Shown here in pieces: positions 17,264 to 33,953 of a stretch of DNA of 64,000 nucleotides. The notes beneath the pieces were generated by a model. That model saw nothing but the letters and a program-made list of their open reading frames with translations. It was not told where the DNA came from and did not search any database. Source of the stretch: Dictyostelium discoideum (Eukaryota); contig CM000151.3 of NCBI GenBank assembly GCA_000004695.1, positions 4,224,001-4,288,000 on the forward strand, given 5' to 3'. Position numbers and translations under genes: made by a program. How positions within the stretch are numbered: position 1 is the first letter of the stretch; every line of letters begins with the position of its first letter.

Positions 17264-18811
17264 TAAAACAAAACAAAGTATGATAAAATAAATTTAAGTG
17301 TTCAAAATTTAAATAAATTTAAAAATTCTCTTTTTTTTTTTTTTTTTTTTTTTCCTCCTCCTTTATTTTTATTTTTATTACATCATTCGTTATTAAAAAT
17401 TTTATTATTTATTTGTTTGTTGGTTTGTTTTTTTTATTTAATTTTTTTTTTTTTTTTTTATTATTTGTTTAAATTTGTTAATTTATTTTTTTATTTTTTA
17501 TTTATTTTTTATTTTTATAATTTTTATATTTTTAAACATATTAAAATAAAATAAAATAATAAAATGAAAAATTGGAAAATACCAATTATAGTTAAAAAAT
17601 ATATTTATATAAATTACTTTTTTTTTTTTATACCAGTATTTTTAAAACTTTTTAAAACTTTTTATTTTTTATTTTTTTGGTATAAAAAAAAAAAAAAAAT
17701 AATAAAAAAAATATATTTTTATAGTATTACAATGATTAAAAAAATAAATTATTTATAAAAACGATTTCATAAAATTAAATGCACATATAAATTTTATTTT
17801 TTTATTTTATTTTTTTATTTTTTTATTTTTTTTTAGTAGTAGGAATAAGAAAAATAAAAAAAAAAAAAAATTTTAAAAAAAAAATCAAAAAACTATAAAA
17901 TTTTTATAAAAAAAAAAAATAAAATTAAATAAAAAATAAAGAAAAGTTTTTTTTTTTTTTTACGAGCGAGATAGATATGATTATGAGTAATATATTAGCT
18001 CTGAAATTAAATTAAAAAAAACAAAAAACAAAAAAAAACAAGCCAAACACATGTGCGATGGGGGTATTTTTTAAAAATTTCAAAATTTTGATTGTTAGTA
18101 AAACCGTTGTGTTGTGTCTTTTCACAAATTGGAAAATATATTTTTATTTTTTTTTTAATTTTTTTTTTTTTTTTTTTTTTGATATTTTATTTTTTTTTTT
18201 TTGTTTTTTTTTTGTTTTGTTTTTTTTTATTTTTTTATTTATTTTTTTTTTTAAAAAAATAAAAACGGTTTAAAATAGGGATCCCTTTTAGGTGTTTTTG
18301 GTGGAATGAAAATAAATAAAAAAAAAAAAAAAAAAAAAAAAAAATAAAAAAAATGAAGATGAGATGTTGGGACATAAATAAATAAAAAAAAAAATAAAAA
18401 AAATAAAAATAATAGATTGATAACGAAAAAAAAAAAAAAAATGGGTTTTAAAAAAAATTTTAAAAGGACCTCCAAAAAAAAAATATACATCTTGATTAAT
18501 TAAAAATAAAATTTATTTATTTTATAAATGGAAAATGGAGTTGAATCGAATTTATTTACTATAATTTGAAATAGTAACCGTTGTTTATAAAAAAAAAATA
18601 AAAATAAAATAAAATAAAAAAATAAAAAATAAAATATTTTAAAAAAAAATAAAATAAAATGATTAAAAACCAAAAACCAAAAACCAAACCAAAAAAAAAA
18701 CAAGTACGTGTTGTTATAGAAAGAGATATTTTTTTTTTTAAAAATTCTCTGAAATTTTTTAAATTTTGGAAAGTTTTGAGTCTATAATTAAATATTACAT
18801 ACACCTTTTTC

Positions 18812-18842
<31 letters not shown>

Positions 18843-19437
18843 CTGGAACAATCTTTTTTTCTTCTTTTTTATTGAATTTTAAAGTTTTTTAAAAAAATAA
18901 ATAAAAAAAGTTTTTTTAATTAAAAAAAAATAAAAAAATAAAAAAATAATATCTTATTTTATTTTTTTAAAAAAAATAAAAAATAAAAATTAAAAATAAG
19001 AAAAGATAAAATAAAAAATGTTGAAAAAAAAAATAAAATAAAACAAAAACAAAAATAAAAGAAATATATCAATTTTTTAATTTTTAAAAAAAATATTGTT
19101 TTTTTTTATTTTGTTATTTATTTTTTAATAAATATGTAAACAAATTAAATGAATTTTTATTTTCCATACACACTAAAAAAAAAAAGAATTAAAACACAAT
19201 TTAACCAACACTTTACCCACATACATATGAATGATTTGATTTTATTTTATTATATTAATATATTAGTTTTTAATATCATAATATATTTTTTTCTATATTT
19301 TTTTTTTTTTATTATCATTTATTATTTTTAAAAATAGGAACACACACTACCTTTTTATTTTTCCCAATCCTGATGGTGAGTGAGAGGAAAAAAAAAAAAA
19401 TAAAAAAAAAAAAAATAAATAAAAAATATGAAAAAAA

Positions 19438-19469
<32 letters not shown>

Positions 19470-19639
19470 CCTATATTTAGAAAAATTGAAAGTAACCAAT
19501 CAATTTTCATTTTAAAAATTGAGTTTTATTTATTTATTCAATTTATTATTAAAATTTATGAGATAATGTGAGATTTTTGTGAGTAGTTATTGTTATTAAG
19601 TGTGTGTGGGTGAACACATAGATCTTTTAATTTAAACAA

Positions 19640-19672
<33 letters not shown>

Positions 19673-20094
19673 TTTTTTTTTGATTGGGTTTTTTTTTTTT
19701 TTTTTTGATTTCTAAATTTGTAAAAAATAATTTATATGAATTATACAAGTAAAAAAATAAAAAAAATGAAAAAAAAAATAACACTCTGCTCATATGAGCT
19801 TTTTTTTTTATCACAAAAATATCATTGATTTTTTAATTTTTTATTTTTTTAATTTATTTTAATTTATTTTAATTTTTATTTTATTTTATTTTATTTTTTT
19901 AATTTTATACAACGAAGAGAGAAAGAAAAAGAGAAAAAAGGAGAGAAAAAAAAAAAAAAGATTTGGTAAATAAAAAAAAAAATAAATAAAAAAAAAAAAA
20001 AAAAATAAATAATAGTAAAAAAAAAAAACCGTAGCTGTGAACAATCAACCAAAAAAAAAAATATATTACAATAAAAAAAATATATATAAACAAA

Positions 20095-20125
<31 letters not shown>

Positions 20126-21075
20126 AAAACTCACATATATGTGATAAAGTTTTTAAGATATTTTTTTTAAAAAAAAAGTTTAAACCAACCTTTTTATTTT
20201 TATATTTTATTAAAAATTTTTTAAAACAAAAAATGTTGATTTTTATTTTTTTTTTTCTAAAAATTTTAAAAAAAAAAATAAAAGGTAAAAAAAAAAAAAA
20301 AAAATAAATTAAAAAATTATTAAAATTTTAATTTTTTAGTCAATCAGAATTTTAATCACAATCAGCTCGAAAAAAAAAAATAAAAAAATAAAAAAATTTC
20401 AATTTTTGGAAGAATAGGTGGGAAATCAGTAGTGTGACGTATTTAAAAAAATTCGACCGCTACCAATGGCCCAATTTTTTAATGATATTCTATTGTGTGC
20501 GTTTCAAATTTTTTAAGCAAACGGTTTTTTGAACACAACCAAAAATATTTAGCTCAGAAATTATCTGATAATTTTTAAAAAATTACAATTTTATCAATTT
20601 AAATTAAAATAATTCCCACCTCATATAAAATTTTATTTTAATAAAAAAAAAAAATAAAAAAAAAAACAAAAAAAAAAAAAAAAAACCGGAAAATAAAAGA
20701 AATAAATAAATAAATAAAAAAAAAAAAAAAAATATTCAGTCTTATTATTTATTTATTTTTTTTTTTTTATTTTTTTTTATTTTTTTATTTTTTTTTTTTT
20801 TTATTTTTGTGTATATATGACGTCAAATTTTTTTTAGATATTTTTTTTATTCTGATTTGATTTTCGATAAACTTTTTTTTTTTTTTTTTTTTTTCCAAGG
20901 GGATATTTCTTTCATTTTTTATTTTTTAAAAAAAATCTAAAAGATATAATAATTTTTTTTTTCTTTTTTCTTTCTTTTTTTTTCCAAGATATTTGGTTAT
21001 TAAATTTTATTTATTTTTTTTTACTTATTTTATTTTATTTATTTTATTTTTTTATTTTTTAAAATTTAATTTTAA

Positions 21076-21899
21076 TTAATTATTTTTTTCACCAAAATAA
21101 AATATTGATATTCCTTTTGATTGATCAAGTTCTAATAAATTTGCATTGAATTTTTGAGCAATCCAATCAATAGTTTTTGGTCTAAAAAAACAAATATGAG
21201 TGAAATCTCTTGGATAGTGCCAATTTTCAAACATTTCATCATTTAATAATAATTGAGTCATAATTAATAAATATCCACCATCTTTTGAAATTAAACCACC
21301 ATTAATAATTTTATTTAAATCTTTAATTGGATATTTAAAATGTTCAATTGCTTCAGTACATGTTATAAATTTAAATGATTTAATTTCTTCTTCTTTTTGT
21401 TGTTGTTCTTCTTCTTTTTCTTTTTCTTCTTGTTGTTTTTGATTTGTTTTTATTTTTAAATTATTTTCAACTTTTTCAACCATTTCATGTTTCATAAAAT
21501 ATGGATCATAATTTTCAACATTAAGATTTGCAATTTCTTTAAACATTAATGATAATGTTGGACCTGGACCACAACCATAATCTAATCCAATAAATTCTTT
21601 TTTTTTTTCTTCTTTTTTATCATTATTATTATTATTATTATCATCATTTCCAAATTGATTCAACTCTTTTTCTAATAATAGATTTAATTTTTCAACACAT
21701 GGTTTTAAAAACGATTTATATTTTTCATCAGTTGGTGAATTCTTATGTAATTCATAACGATCTTTTTCTTTATTATTTTCAACATGAAAATGTGGATGCA
21801 TATAAACTAATCCACATTCACCACACCCATAATATAATTTATTTAATCTTTTTGAAAATATTTTAATTATTTTTTCATTTTCATTATTTTCATTAATGT

Positions 21900-21933
<34 letters not shown>

Positions 21934-22194
21934 GGTGGCGGTATTATCTTCATTAATTGGGGTTGTGATCGCTGCTGTTGTTGTTGTAGTGTTGGTGGTA
22001 TTATCTGTAGTATTTTTATCTTTTTGTTCATTTATAGTATTATTGGTTTTATCATATAAACTATTTTCACATAATGGGCATGGAACCATTTCTAAATTTA
22101 AATCATCAACATTTAATGTTTTGTTTTTTTTCTTTGTATTAAAACCACTACCATCTTTGTTTTTTTTGAAATAAAATTTTCTTTTTTCTGACAT
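21076..22194 (-). CDS. Class I SAM-dependent methyltransferase with an N-terminal Cys4 zinc-ribbon, 372 aa, single exon
   Basis: ATG at 22192-22194. It has two CxxC pairs, CPLC...CGEC, and SAM motif I, LDYGCGPGP. It is a complete ORF with no splice signals needed. Confidence 0.7.
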
Positions 22195-22507
22195 ATTTTA
22201 TTTATTTTTTTCTTTTCTATAAATAGTAGTGTTACTATTGTAAAAATAAAAATAAAAATTAAAAAATTTCACACGAACGAAAAACAAAAATTATTTTGTT
22301 TTTTTTTATATTTTTTTTTTTTTTTAATTTTGAAAAAAAAAAAAAAAAAAAAAAAATTAAAAAAAAAAAAAGATTTTAAAAATATTTTTTTTTTCATTGT
22401 CCCATATCTATCTTATTTTTCATATAGTATAAATTAATTTTACACACTTTTTTTTTATTATCTTCCAAATAAATAATAAATAATAAATAAATAAATAATA
22501 AACAATA

Positions 22508-25696
<3,189 letters not shown>

Positions 25697-25770
25697 AAAA
25701 AAATAAAAATAAAAAAAAATAAAAAAATAATTACAAAAATTATAAAATAAAATAAAATAAAATATTTATT

Positions 25771-26396
25771 TTATTTTTTTAATTTTTTAATTAAATAATT
25801 TAATTCATTATAAAAATTATTTTTACCAATTAAATTAATTTGTTTTTCAAATAATTGAATTGCAATATTATAAACTTCTAAATCTATTGAATTTAAAGAT
25901 TTAATTCTTTCATATAATGAATTTTCAAGGTTATACAAATTTGATGATGATGATGATGATACATTATTAATATTTGAAATATTTCTATTTTTACCAATAT
26001 TTTTTGAAATAAAACTTAATTTATTAAAACCAGTTTTATATGATAAAATTAATAATGATTCATCAAATCTTTCAGTTAAACCAATAAATTTAAAAGTATA
26101 TTTTAATCTAAATATACATTGTTCTTTAAAATCAAATGGTAATTGTTTAGTTGATCTTGAAATTCCAACAATTCTTCTACATTGTTCATTTCTTGCCAAT
26201 TGTGAAAATTCAATCCAATCTTGTAATGAAATCGAAGCAACCTCACCATACAATGGATGGTCAGGACTATTCTTTAAGAAATAATAATGTGAAACAACTC
26301 TATCAATTGGATTTCTCATCATTGTCATATAACTATATGGATTTTGGTGATAAAGATAATCATCATTATTGAAATTATTTATATCAAAATTAATAC

Positions 26397-26427
<31 letters not shown>

Positions 26428-27255
26428 TATTGTATAATTTTTATTATTTTGAAAATAGTAATGTAAACCAAACACAAAATGACCAAACATTGCATCAATA
26501 TTTTTTGAAGCACATTCTTCAGCTTGTTTAATTGTTGGTGATGCATGTTTTTTAAATAATTGAGATTTCTTTGGTAAATTAATTTCAAAAGTATTTTCAA
26601 GTGATGTTCCTCCAGTTTTAGGTATATGAATGAAAATAAATGGTTTTGATAATAATAATGGATTTAAAGTTTTATTATTTTTCCATTCAAAATCATAATC
26701 ATAATTATTATTTTTATTATTAATAATTTTTTGAATTGATGGTGATGATGCAAATTCTATTTTACGATTTGTTTTATTTAAAATTAATTCTTTTTCAAAT
26801 TGGTATTCTTTATATATTATTTTATAAAATTCATTATCATTAATATTTCCACCTTCATCTTTATTATTATTATTTTTAATCCATGAATCAAAATCATCTT
26901 CACTTGTATATGTATCCCTTCTTTTATAGGATCGGTTTTTATTTTTATTATTATTATTATTTAATAAACTATTATTAATTCTTCCATTTAATTTATTATT
27001 ATTATTTTTTTCAATATCTTTTACGACAAATTTATTTAAAGATTGAGATTTATTGTTGTCATTATTATTATTATTATTAAAAATATTATTATTTTTATTA
27101 TTTATTATAGATTGATTATGATTTTTATTTTTATTTACATTTTTGTTTTTATTAAAATTTTTATTTTTATTTTTTTTATTTTCTATTGTATATTGAAAAA
27201 ACAGTACAATTATTACAAATATTAAACAAACATATAACTTTTTTTTTAGCCTCAT
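25771..27255 (-). CDS. Golgi-type sulfotransferase of Sulfotransfer_2 type, similar to heparan-sulfate O-sulfotransferases, a type II membrane protein of 494 aa
   Basis: ATG at 27253-27255. An N-terminal TM helix (LYVCLIFVIIVLFFQY) is followed by the 5'-PSB motif IFIHIPKTGGTS and the 3'-PB motif RNPIDRVVSHYYF. It is a single ORF and is convergent with SNAPC3, the two stop codons being 74 bp apart. Confidence 0.75.
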
Positions 27256-27457
27256 TAAATTATAATTTTTAATGCTTTATATAAAAAATAAAAAATAAAA
27301 AAATAAAAAAAAATGCACACAAAAGTAACGCAAAAATTAAACATCCACAAAACTCTTTTTTAAAAAATTTTTTTTTTATTTTTGTACATGTCAGAATAAT
27401 CGTTTGAAAAAAGATATTTTTTTTTTTTTTGCTTTGCACCAATCAAAAATAGATTTT

Positions 27458-27502
<45 letters not shown>

Positions 27503-27820
27503 TATATTTTTTTTAATTTCGATTCTTGATCAAAAAAAAAAAAAAAAAAAAAAAACAAAAGCTAAAAATAAAAATAATATAAATTAATATTAATAATTAA
27601 TTTGGAATGCAATGGGGAAAAAACAACCAAACATTTAATATTAAATAAAATTGTATAGTTTTTATTTTTACTTTTATTTTATTTTTTTATTTATTTTGGT
27701 ATAAAATTTTATCACCTGGTATTCTGTTGATATATGGTTGTAACAAGTAAATAATTCCTTAAAAGATCATAAATTTAAAGAGTGTGAATTCCACTTTTTT
27801 TTAAAGATTATCTAAAATCC

Positions 27821-27855
<35 letters not shown>

Positions 27856-28413
27856 AAAAAAAAAAAAAAAAAAAAATTACTTGTGATTTGGAAATTAATA
27901 TAAATAAAACAATACCATAATTTTATGAATGAATATAAAACAAACTGTTAATATAATATCATAATATATAATTAAAATAAAAACAATATTATTTATTTTT
28001 TTATTTTTATTTTTGTTTTGTTTTATTAATTTATTTTATTTTATTTTATTTTTTTTTTTCAAATTAATATATATTTAAGGAGTGCGTGTGTATCATCAAT
28101 TATCTAATCTGTTAAATTTATACATGCTTTATTGTAAATAAAATCAATTATTATTTTTTTTTATTTTTTTTATTTTTTTAAAAAATTAAACAACAAATAC
28201 CAGTGGTGAAAAAGATAAAAGATTAAAAAAAAAAAAAAAAAAAAATATTGCTTGGAGTGTGGTTTTAATTTTTTTTTTTTTTTTTTTTAATTGATTATGA
28301 CCATCTACAAACACCCTTATTTATTTTAATTTTTTACCTTTCCAGTAAATAGCAAATCAAATAAAAACACTCATAGAGTTTACTTTTTTTTTATTATAAC
28401 AATATAATGGATA

Positions 28414-28460
<47 letters not shown>

Positions 28461-28776
28461 ATAAAAATAATAAAAATGTTAATTGAGTGTTTAGAAAAAA
28501 AAAAAAAAAAAAAAAAAACCACTTTATGTAATTAAATTTTTAGAATTTATTATTATAATTTTTAAAATTATTGTTATTTGTTATTAAGTTAAACAATATA
28601 TATATATTATTTATTTATTTATTTATTTTTTATTTTTTTTAAAAAAAAAAAAAAAGTTTAATAATAAAATAATTTTATCAACTTTTTTATTTATTTATTT
28701 TTAAATAATAAAAAAATAAAATTCTCCCACTTTTTTAAAAAATATAATATATATATATATATATATAAAAATAATA

Positions 28777-29466
28777 ATGAAAAAAATAAATTGTTTTATT
28801 TTTATATTTTTAATAATAAATTTTAAATTTATATATGTTTTATCAGAAGAACAGCCACTACAAGCTCCAATATTAAAAGCTGATCCAACAAAATCACCAG
28901 AGAAGAAATCTGATGAAGGTAGTAGTAATAGTTATTTAGAGAGTATTTTAAAACTTGATGAAAAAGAAAATAAAATTGAAGAACAAGAAACAACAACAAT
29001 ATCACCATCATTAGTAAATTTAAAAACCGAAGATATTTATTTTAATATTGATTGGAAATGTAATACTCAAGACATTTTCATAAATGATATGGGTTATTAT
29101 GATATTGCTTCAATTTTAAATCCAAAACGTAATTGTCATGCTTTTAAAACTCCATGTGATGAGATTGTCTCATTGAATATAACAGATTGTAATGGAAGTC
29201 AACCATTCAATAGTTCATGTAGATTCGTTTTAAATTATTATAGAGATACAATCAGTTGTGATAATATTCCAGTTTTAGTGACTGATTTCAATTGTGAATC
29301 ATTTGGTAAACATCATGATCTTGGTGCAATTGATGTAATTTGTAAAAGATTCGAACGGGAAACTGCTGATCCAATAAAATCATCTTCAACTTTTTTTCTC
29401 AAAGTAAATTTCTATTTTCAAATATTTATTTTAATTTCAATTTTATTAATATTAATTATTTTATAA
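28777..29466 (+). CDS. Secreted or GPI-anchored Cys-rich protein of 229 aa, function unknown
   Basis: ATG at 28777 with signal peptide MKKINCFIFIFLIINFKFIYVLS. It has about 12 Cys, N-glycosylation sites and a C-terminal hydrophobic tail (FQIFILISILLILIIL) typical of a GPI signal. Confidence 0.6.
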   Translation: MKKINCFIFIFLIINFKFIYVLSEEQPLQAPILKADPTKSPEKKSDEGSSNSYLESILKLDEKENKIEEQETTTISPSLVNLKTEDIYFNIDWKCNTQDIFINDMGYYDIASILNPKRNCHAFKTPCDEIVSLNITDCNGSQPFNSSCRFVLNYYRDTISCDNIPVLVTDFNCESFGKHHDLGAIDVICKRFERETADPIKSSSTFFLKVNFYFQIFILISILLILIIL

Positions 29467-30269
29467 AAAAAAATAAAAAAAATAAAAAAAAAAAAAGTAA
29501 TAAAAAAAAATAAAAAAAATAAAAAAAAAAATAAATAAAATTAAATGATATTTTTTTAATTATTAAAAAAATAAAAAAAAGTAAATAAAAGGGAATTGAA
29601 TTTTTATTGAACATTTGTTTTTAAAAAATTACATATTTGGTTAATTTTATAATTTATTATTTAAAGTTGCAAGGCAGTTTGTCGGAATTTTTTAAATTAT
29701 TATATTTTTATATAAATGGTAAACCTTTTATTTCATTATTTTAATTTAAATATTGCCTGTTCTGCATTGGGTGTTATCTTTTTTTTTTTTTTAATTTCAA
29801 ATTTGAAATATTAGTTAGTTTTATTTTTATATATTTTTTTTTTTATAGGAATATGTTGTTAAAAAATGACCAAAATAAAAATAAATGTTGTCATTGTACA
29901 AAAATATCGTGTGGTGATTAAAGGAATTAAATAAAAATATTTTTCCCAAAATTTTAACACCCTATACCCACATTATATCTCAAATTTATTCTAGTATTTT
30001 ACTGTGTTTTTTCAGTAATATTTTTTACTATTATGGGGTTATTTTAAAAAAGTAATTATTTGTGATTTTCATACTTTAATTATTTATTTTATTTTATATT
30101 ATTTTTTAGTTTAGTTTTATTTAATTTTTTTTTTTTTTTTTTTTTTTCAATATTTAAAGGAAATTAACTATTATTTTTTTTTCATTAAATTAAACAACTA
30201 TAAATATCTATTTAAAAACAAAAAAAACAATTATAAAAATAGTGAATATCTTTTAAAAAAAAAAAAACA

Positions 30270-31028
30270 ATGAAATTATTATATGCATTAGTTTTATTAT
30301 TCTGTTTAATTGCAGTTGGTTATTCTGAACAAATCAAAAATACAAATCAAGTTAATAACATTAACAATGATATCCCAATGCATTCAAAAGCACCATGGTT
30401 CTTTAAACAACATAATCCAGAAGATTTCGTTAAATTCCTTGAAGAAGTTTTAATAAGTGTTGAAGTAAGTGAATATATATATTTTTTTTGATTTATTATT
30501 TAAAATCATTTTTCATAATTTTAACTCTTAACATTAATTTTATAAATTTTCAGAATCAAATTAATCCAGGAAATGTTACAGAGTGTGTAAAAACAATTAC
30601 CAATGGAACACTTACATTGGTTAATTTAAAACCAAATGAACCAAGAAATTTCGGTATTGCTTTTTCAACTATTATTCAAATAACTGAAAAATGTGGATTC
30701 CAAAAACTCATTGTTAAATTTGCAAATGATATTAACTATATTATTATTAATGGGTAAGTTTTTTTTTTGAAAAAAAAAAAAAAAAAAAAATAAAAAAAAA
30801 AAAACAAAAAAAAAAAAAATTTCATTTTATTAATAATTAAATTTTATTAAATTTTTATACAGACCTTCTGCATTTGCTGAAAGACAACTTGAAGCATTTA
30901 AAAATCAATCAACAAATCTTATTGATTGTTTCCAAAAAGTCTTGGCCTTAAGTAATTCAAGGGAATTACAAAGTGATCAATTAGGAAAATGTCTTTCAAT
31001 TGTAATCATGGACCCAATTCTTGGTTAA
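30270..31028 (+). CDS. Small secreted protein of about 187 aa, three exons, join(30270..30464, 30554..30753, 30863..31028)
   Basis: Signal peptide MKLLYALVLLFCLIAVGYS. A GTAAGT donor at 30465 pairs with a TTTTCAG acceptor at 30553. A GTAAGT donor at 30754 (phase 2) pairs with a TTATACAG acceptor at 30862. Phases are consistent. Confidence 0.65.
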
Positions 31029-31192
31029 ATTAATTTTTTGAAAAATTGAAATTCAAATTAAATTGTTCAAATATATTTTAAAATTTAAAAAATTATAAAT
31101 AAAAAAAATTCTCTTTTTAAAATTCCAAAAAATAATTATATTTTTTATTTTTTTTTTTATTAATTTTATTTTATTTTATTTTTTGAAAAAAT

Positions 31193-31239
<47 letters not shown>

Positions 31240-31514
31240 TAATAAAAATTATAAATATAATAATGGAAGGTATTCAATTTTTCAAAAAAAATTCCTTATC
31301 AAAATCATAGTAATATAAAATTATTATTTTTTTTTTTGAAAAAAATTAATAAAGTAATTAATTTTAATATTTTCGATATCTTTCTTAGATCTAAATATAG
31401 TAATACTCAACGAATTTAATCTCCATATTATAATTTATATAAATGGGGTTAAAGTTTATTTTATTTTATTCTTTATTTATTATTTATATAACCACACAAC
31501 ATGTTGAGTGGTGC

Positions 31515-31545
<31 letters not shown>

Positions 31546-32256
31546 ACAGATAATTTTATTATAATCAATGTATGAATGTACCCCCAATGAAAGGAGTAAA
31601 AAAAAAATTTATTTCAAATAAACAAATAATTTAAAAATACACCCTCTCACCTATTAACATATTTGTTTTTTAAGAAAAAAAACTATTTTTATTTATAAAA
31701 ATTAATGTAAAATTGATAATATTTTTTAAAGTGTTTGTAAAAAAAAAAGGTAAAATAATTGTTTATTAAAATAATTATTTTTTTCATCACTGCACCAACA
31801 GCAGTAATTCCTATTAGTATTGACACACAATTTTGAACACAAAAACATATATGTACACCCCTTTTCCTTTTATATAATAATTTTGTATAAAAAAAATAAA
31901 AAATGGTAATTAATTAATTTAAACTGGTGAACATTTCCAAAAATAATATTAAAGGTATTAATATCTTTTTTCTTTTAAAAAATAAAAAAAATAAAAAAAA
32001 AAATAACAATAATTTTATTAATATGATATTAAAAAAAAAAAATTAGTATTTAATCTAACCAAAAATTTTAATTTTTGATAAACTTTTTAAAAATAAAAAA
32101 AAATAATAATAAAAAAATAAAAAATTAATAATAACAATAATTATTTTTAAAAAAACTATTTGTGTATCTTAAAAAAATTAATAATTTATTAATTTGTAAT
32201 ATCATAAATTAATATTTTAATCAATTATAACAATACTAATATTCAATACAAAAAAA

Positions 32257-33030
32257 ATGAACTTAATAAAACAAATTTTAATTTTATCATTAATGATATT
32301 GTTTTTATTAAATAATCCAACATTAATTTATGGTCAAAATGATAATGATAATAATAATCAACAAGTTAAAGATGCAAATTATTCACCATATGGAGGCAAT
32401 GAATTATATAACAATAATAACCTTAATAATATTGATCAAATTAGACAATCTTCATATTATGATTACTTACAAAATTTAAGACCACAAGATTATATTCAAA
32501 TTTTTAAAGGTGTTGTTAAAGGTTTACAAGTAAGTTTTTTATTTATTTTTAACTTTTTCATTATTATTATTTTTAATTTATTTAAAATTATTAATATTGT
32601 ATAAATAAAATTCAGAATTCTATTAATCCACAAAATTCAAATATTTGTTCACAAATTATAATTTACAATGTTGAAAGTTCAATGTATTTATCAAATGAAT
32701 TACCTTTAATGCTTTTTCAATATAATTCAACTCAAATTAAATCTGTTGTTTCAAATATTAAATTGGTTTTACAAAATTTTTCAAATTTAAATCAAAATAA
32801 TATTTGTAAATTTGATTTGATTAAAGAACGTTTTGATTTTTATTCTGCTTTTATTGATCAATTTGGTGTTGATCAATTAATCCTTAGAGAACAATCATTT
32901 TTAAATAATAATATGCAATACTTTTCAAAATATATAAGAGCAATTGTATTTGATATGTATTTTGGTACATATGAAGATGTAGGTTATAATATTGGTTCTG
33001 GTTTAGGTTTATTTTTAAATACACCATATG

Positions 33031-33035
<5 letters not shown>
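32257..33035 (+). CDS. Small secreted protein of about 231 aa, a paralog of the 30270..31028 gene, join(32257..32529, 32616..33035)
   Basis: Signal peptide MNLIKQILILSLMILFLLNNPTLIYG. GTAAGT donor at 32530 and TTCAG acceptor at 32615. Exon 2 begins NSINPQNSNICSQ..., parallel to NQINPGNVTECVK... in the upstream gene. Confidence 0.65.
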
Positions 33036-33088
<53 letters not shown>

Positions 33089-33362
33089 AAAAATGATAAA
33101 GGATGTAATTATTTCTCTTCTCTTTAGGAAAAAAAAAAAATATACACAAAAAAATAAAAATAAATATCTAAATTATTTAAATATAAATACATATTATGTT
33201 TTATTTAATTTTTTTTTTTTTTTTTATTTTATCTTTAGTTTTTAAGAATAACTTTTTTTTTTTCTTTTTTTTTTTTACTATTATGTATGATTGTATCTTT
33301 ATCTGGGTAAATATTGGTATTACAGTTATTATAATTATTATTATTATTATTTTTTTTTTTTT

Positions 33363-33895
33363 TCAAGACATTGAATAATCAAAACTTTGACTTCTCATTT
33401 TATCATCTTTTTCATTATTTTTTATATTATTATTATTTGTAATAATACTATTTGGTGGTAAAGTGTTGGAACCAATTGAAGATTTTTGCATTGAAGGTGA
33501 ATGATGATAATAAACATTTGGTGATCCACTAATATTTACACTTGTAATATTATTTTTGGAAGATTTTAATTTACTTGATTGAACAGTTGGTGATTTAGAA
33601 TAAAAACCTAATTTTAAGCCATTATAAGCTGCGCTAACAATACTTGAATTCTTTCTCTTAAAATCTTGTTCAACTAAAAAAGTTGGACCAAATGATAATT
33701 GATTAATATTTGAGTATCCCATTAAACTAACAAAACAATCACGAATTGATTCTGAAATTTCTCTACCTAAATCTTTACCAAATTCAATTGATTCACCTTC
33801 TGGTATTGGTATTATATATTGATTAAATGTACAATCAGCAATTATACTATCATCAATTGTTGTAGAATTTGATGTTGTTGATGATGATGATGAAG

Positions 33896-33953
<58 letters not shown>

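Noticed and set aside
18251-18813. Several 60-85-aa ORFs rich in F/K/L in the 17-21 kb region
   Set aside because: They are translations of homopolymer A/T DNA, have no ATG (TTG starts), and show no coding periodicity.
20540-20570. TAGCTCAG motif resembling a tRNA D-loop
   Set aside because: The flanks are pure A/T with no acceptor stem, anticodon arm or T-arm. It is not a tRNA.
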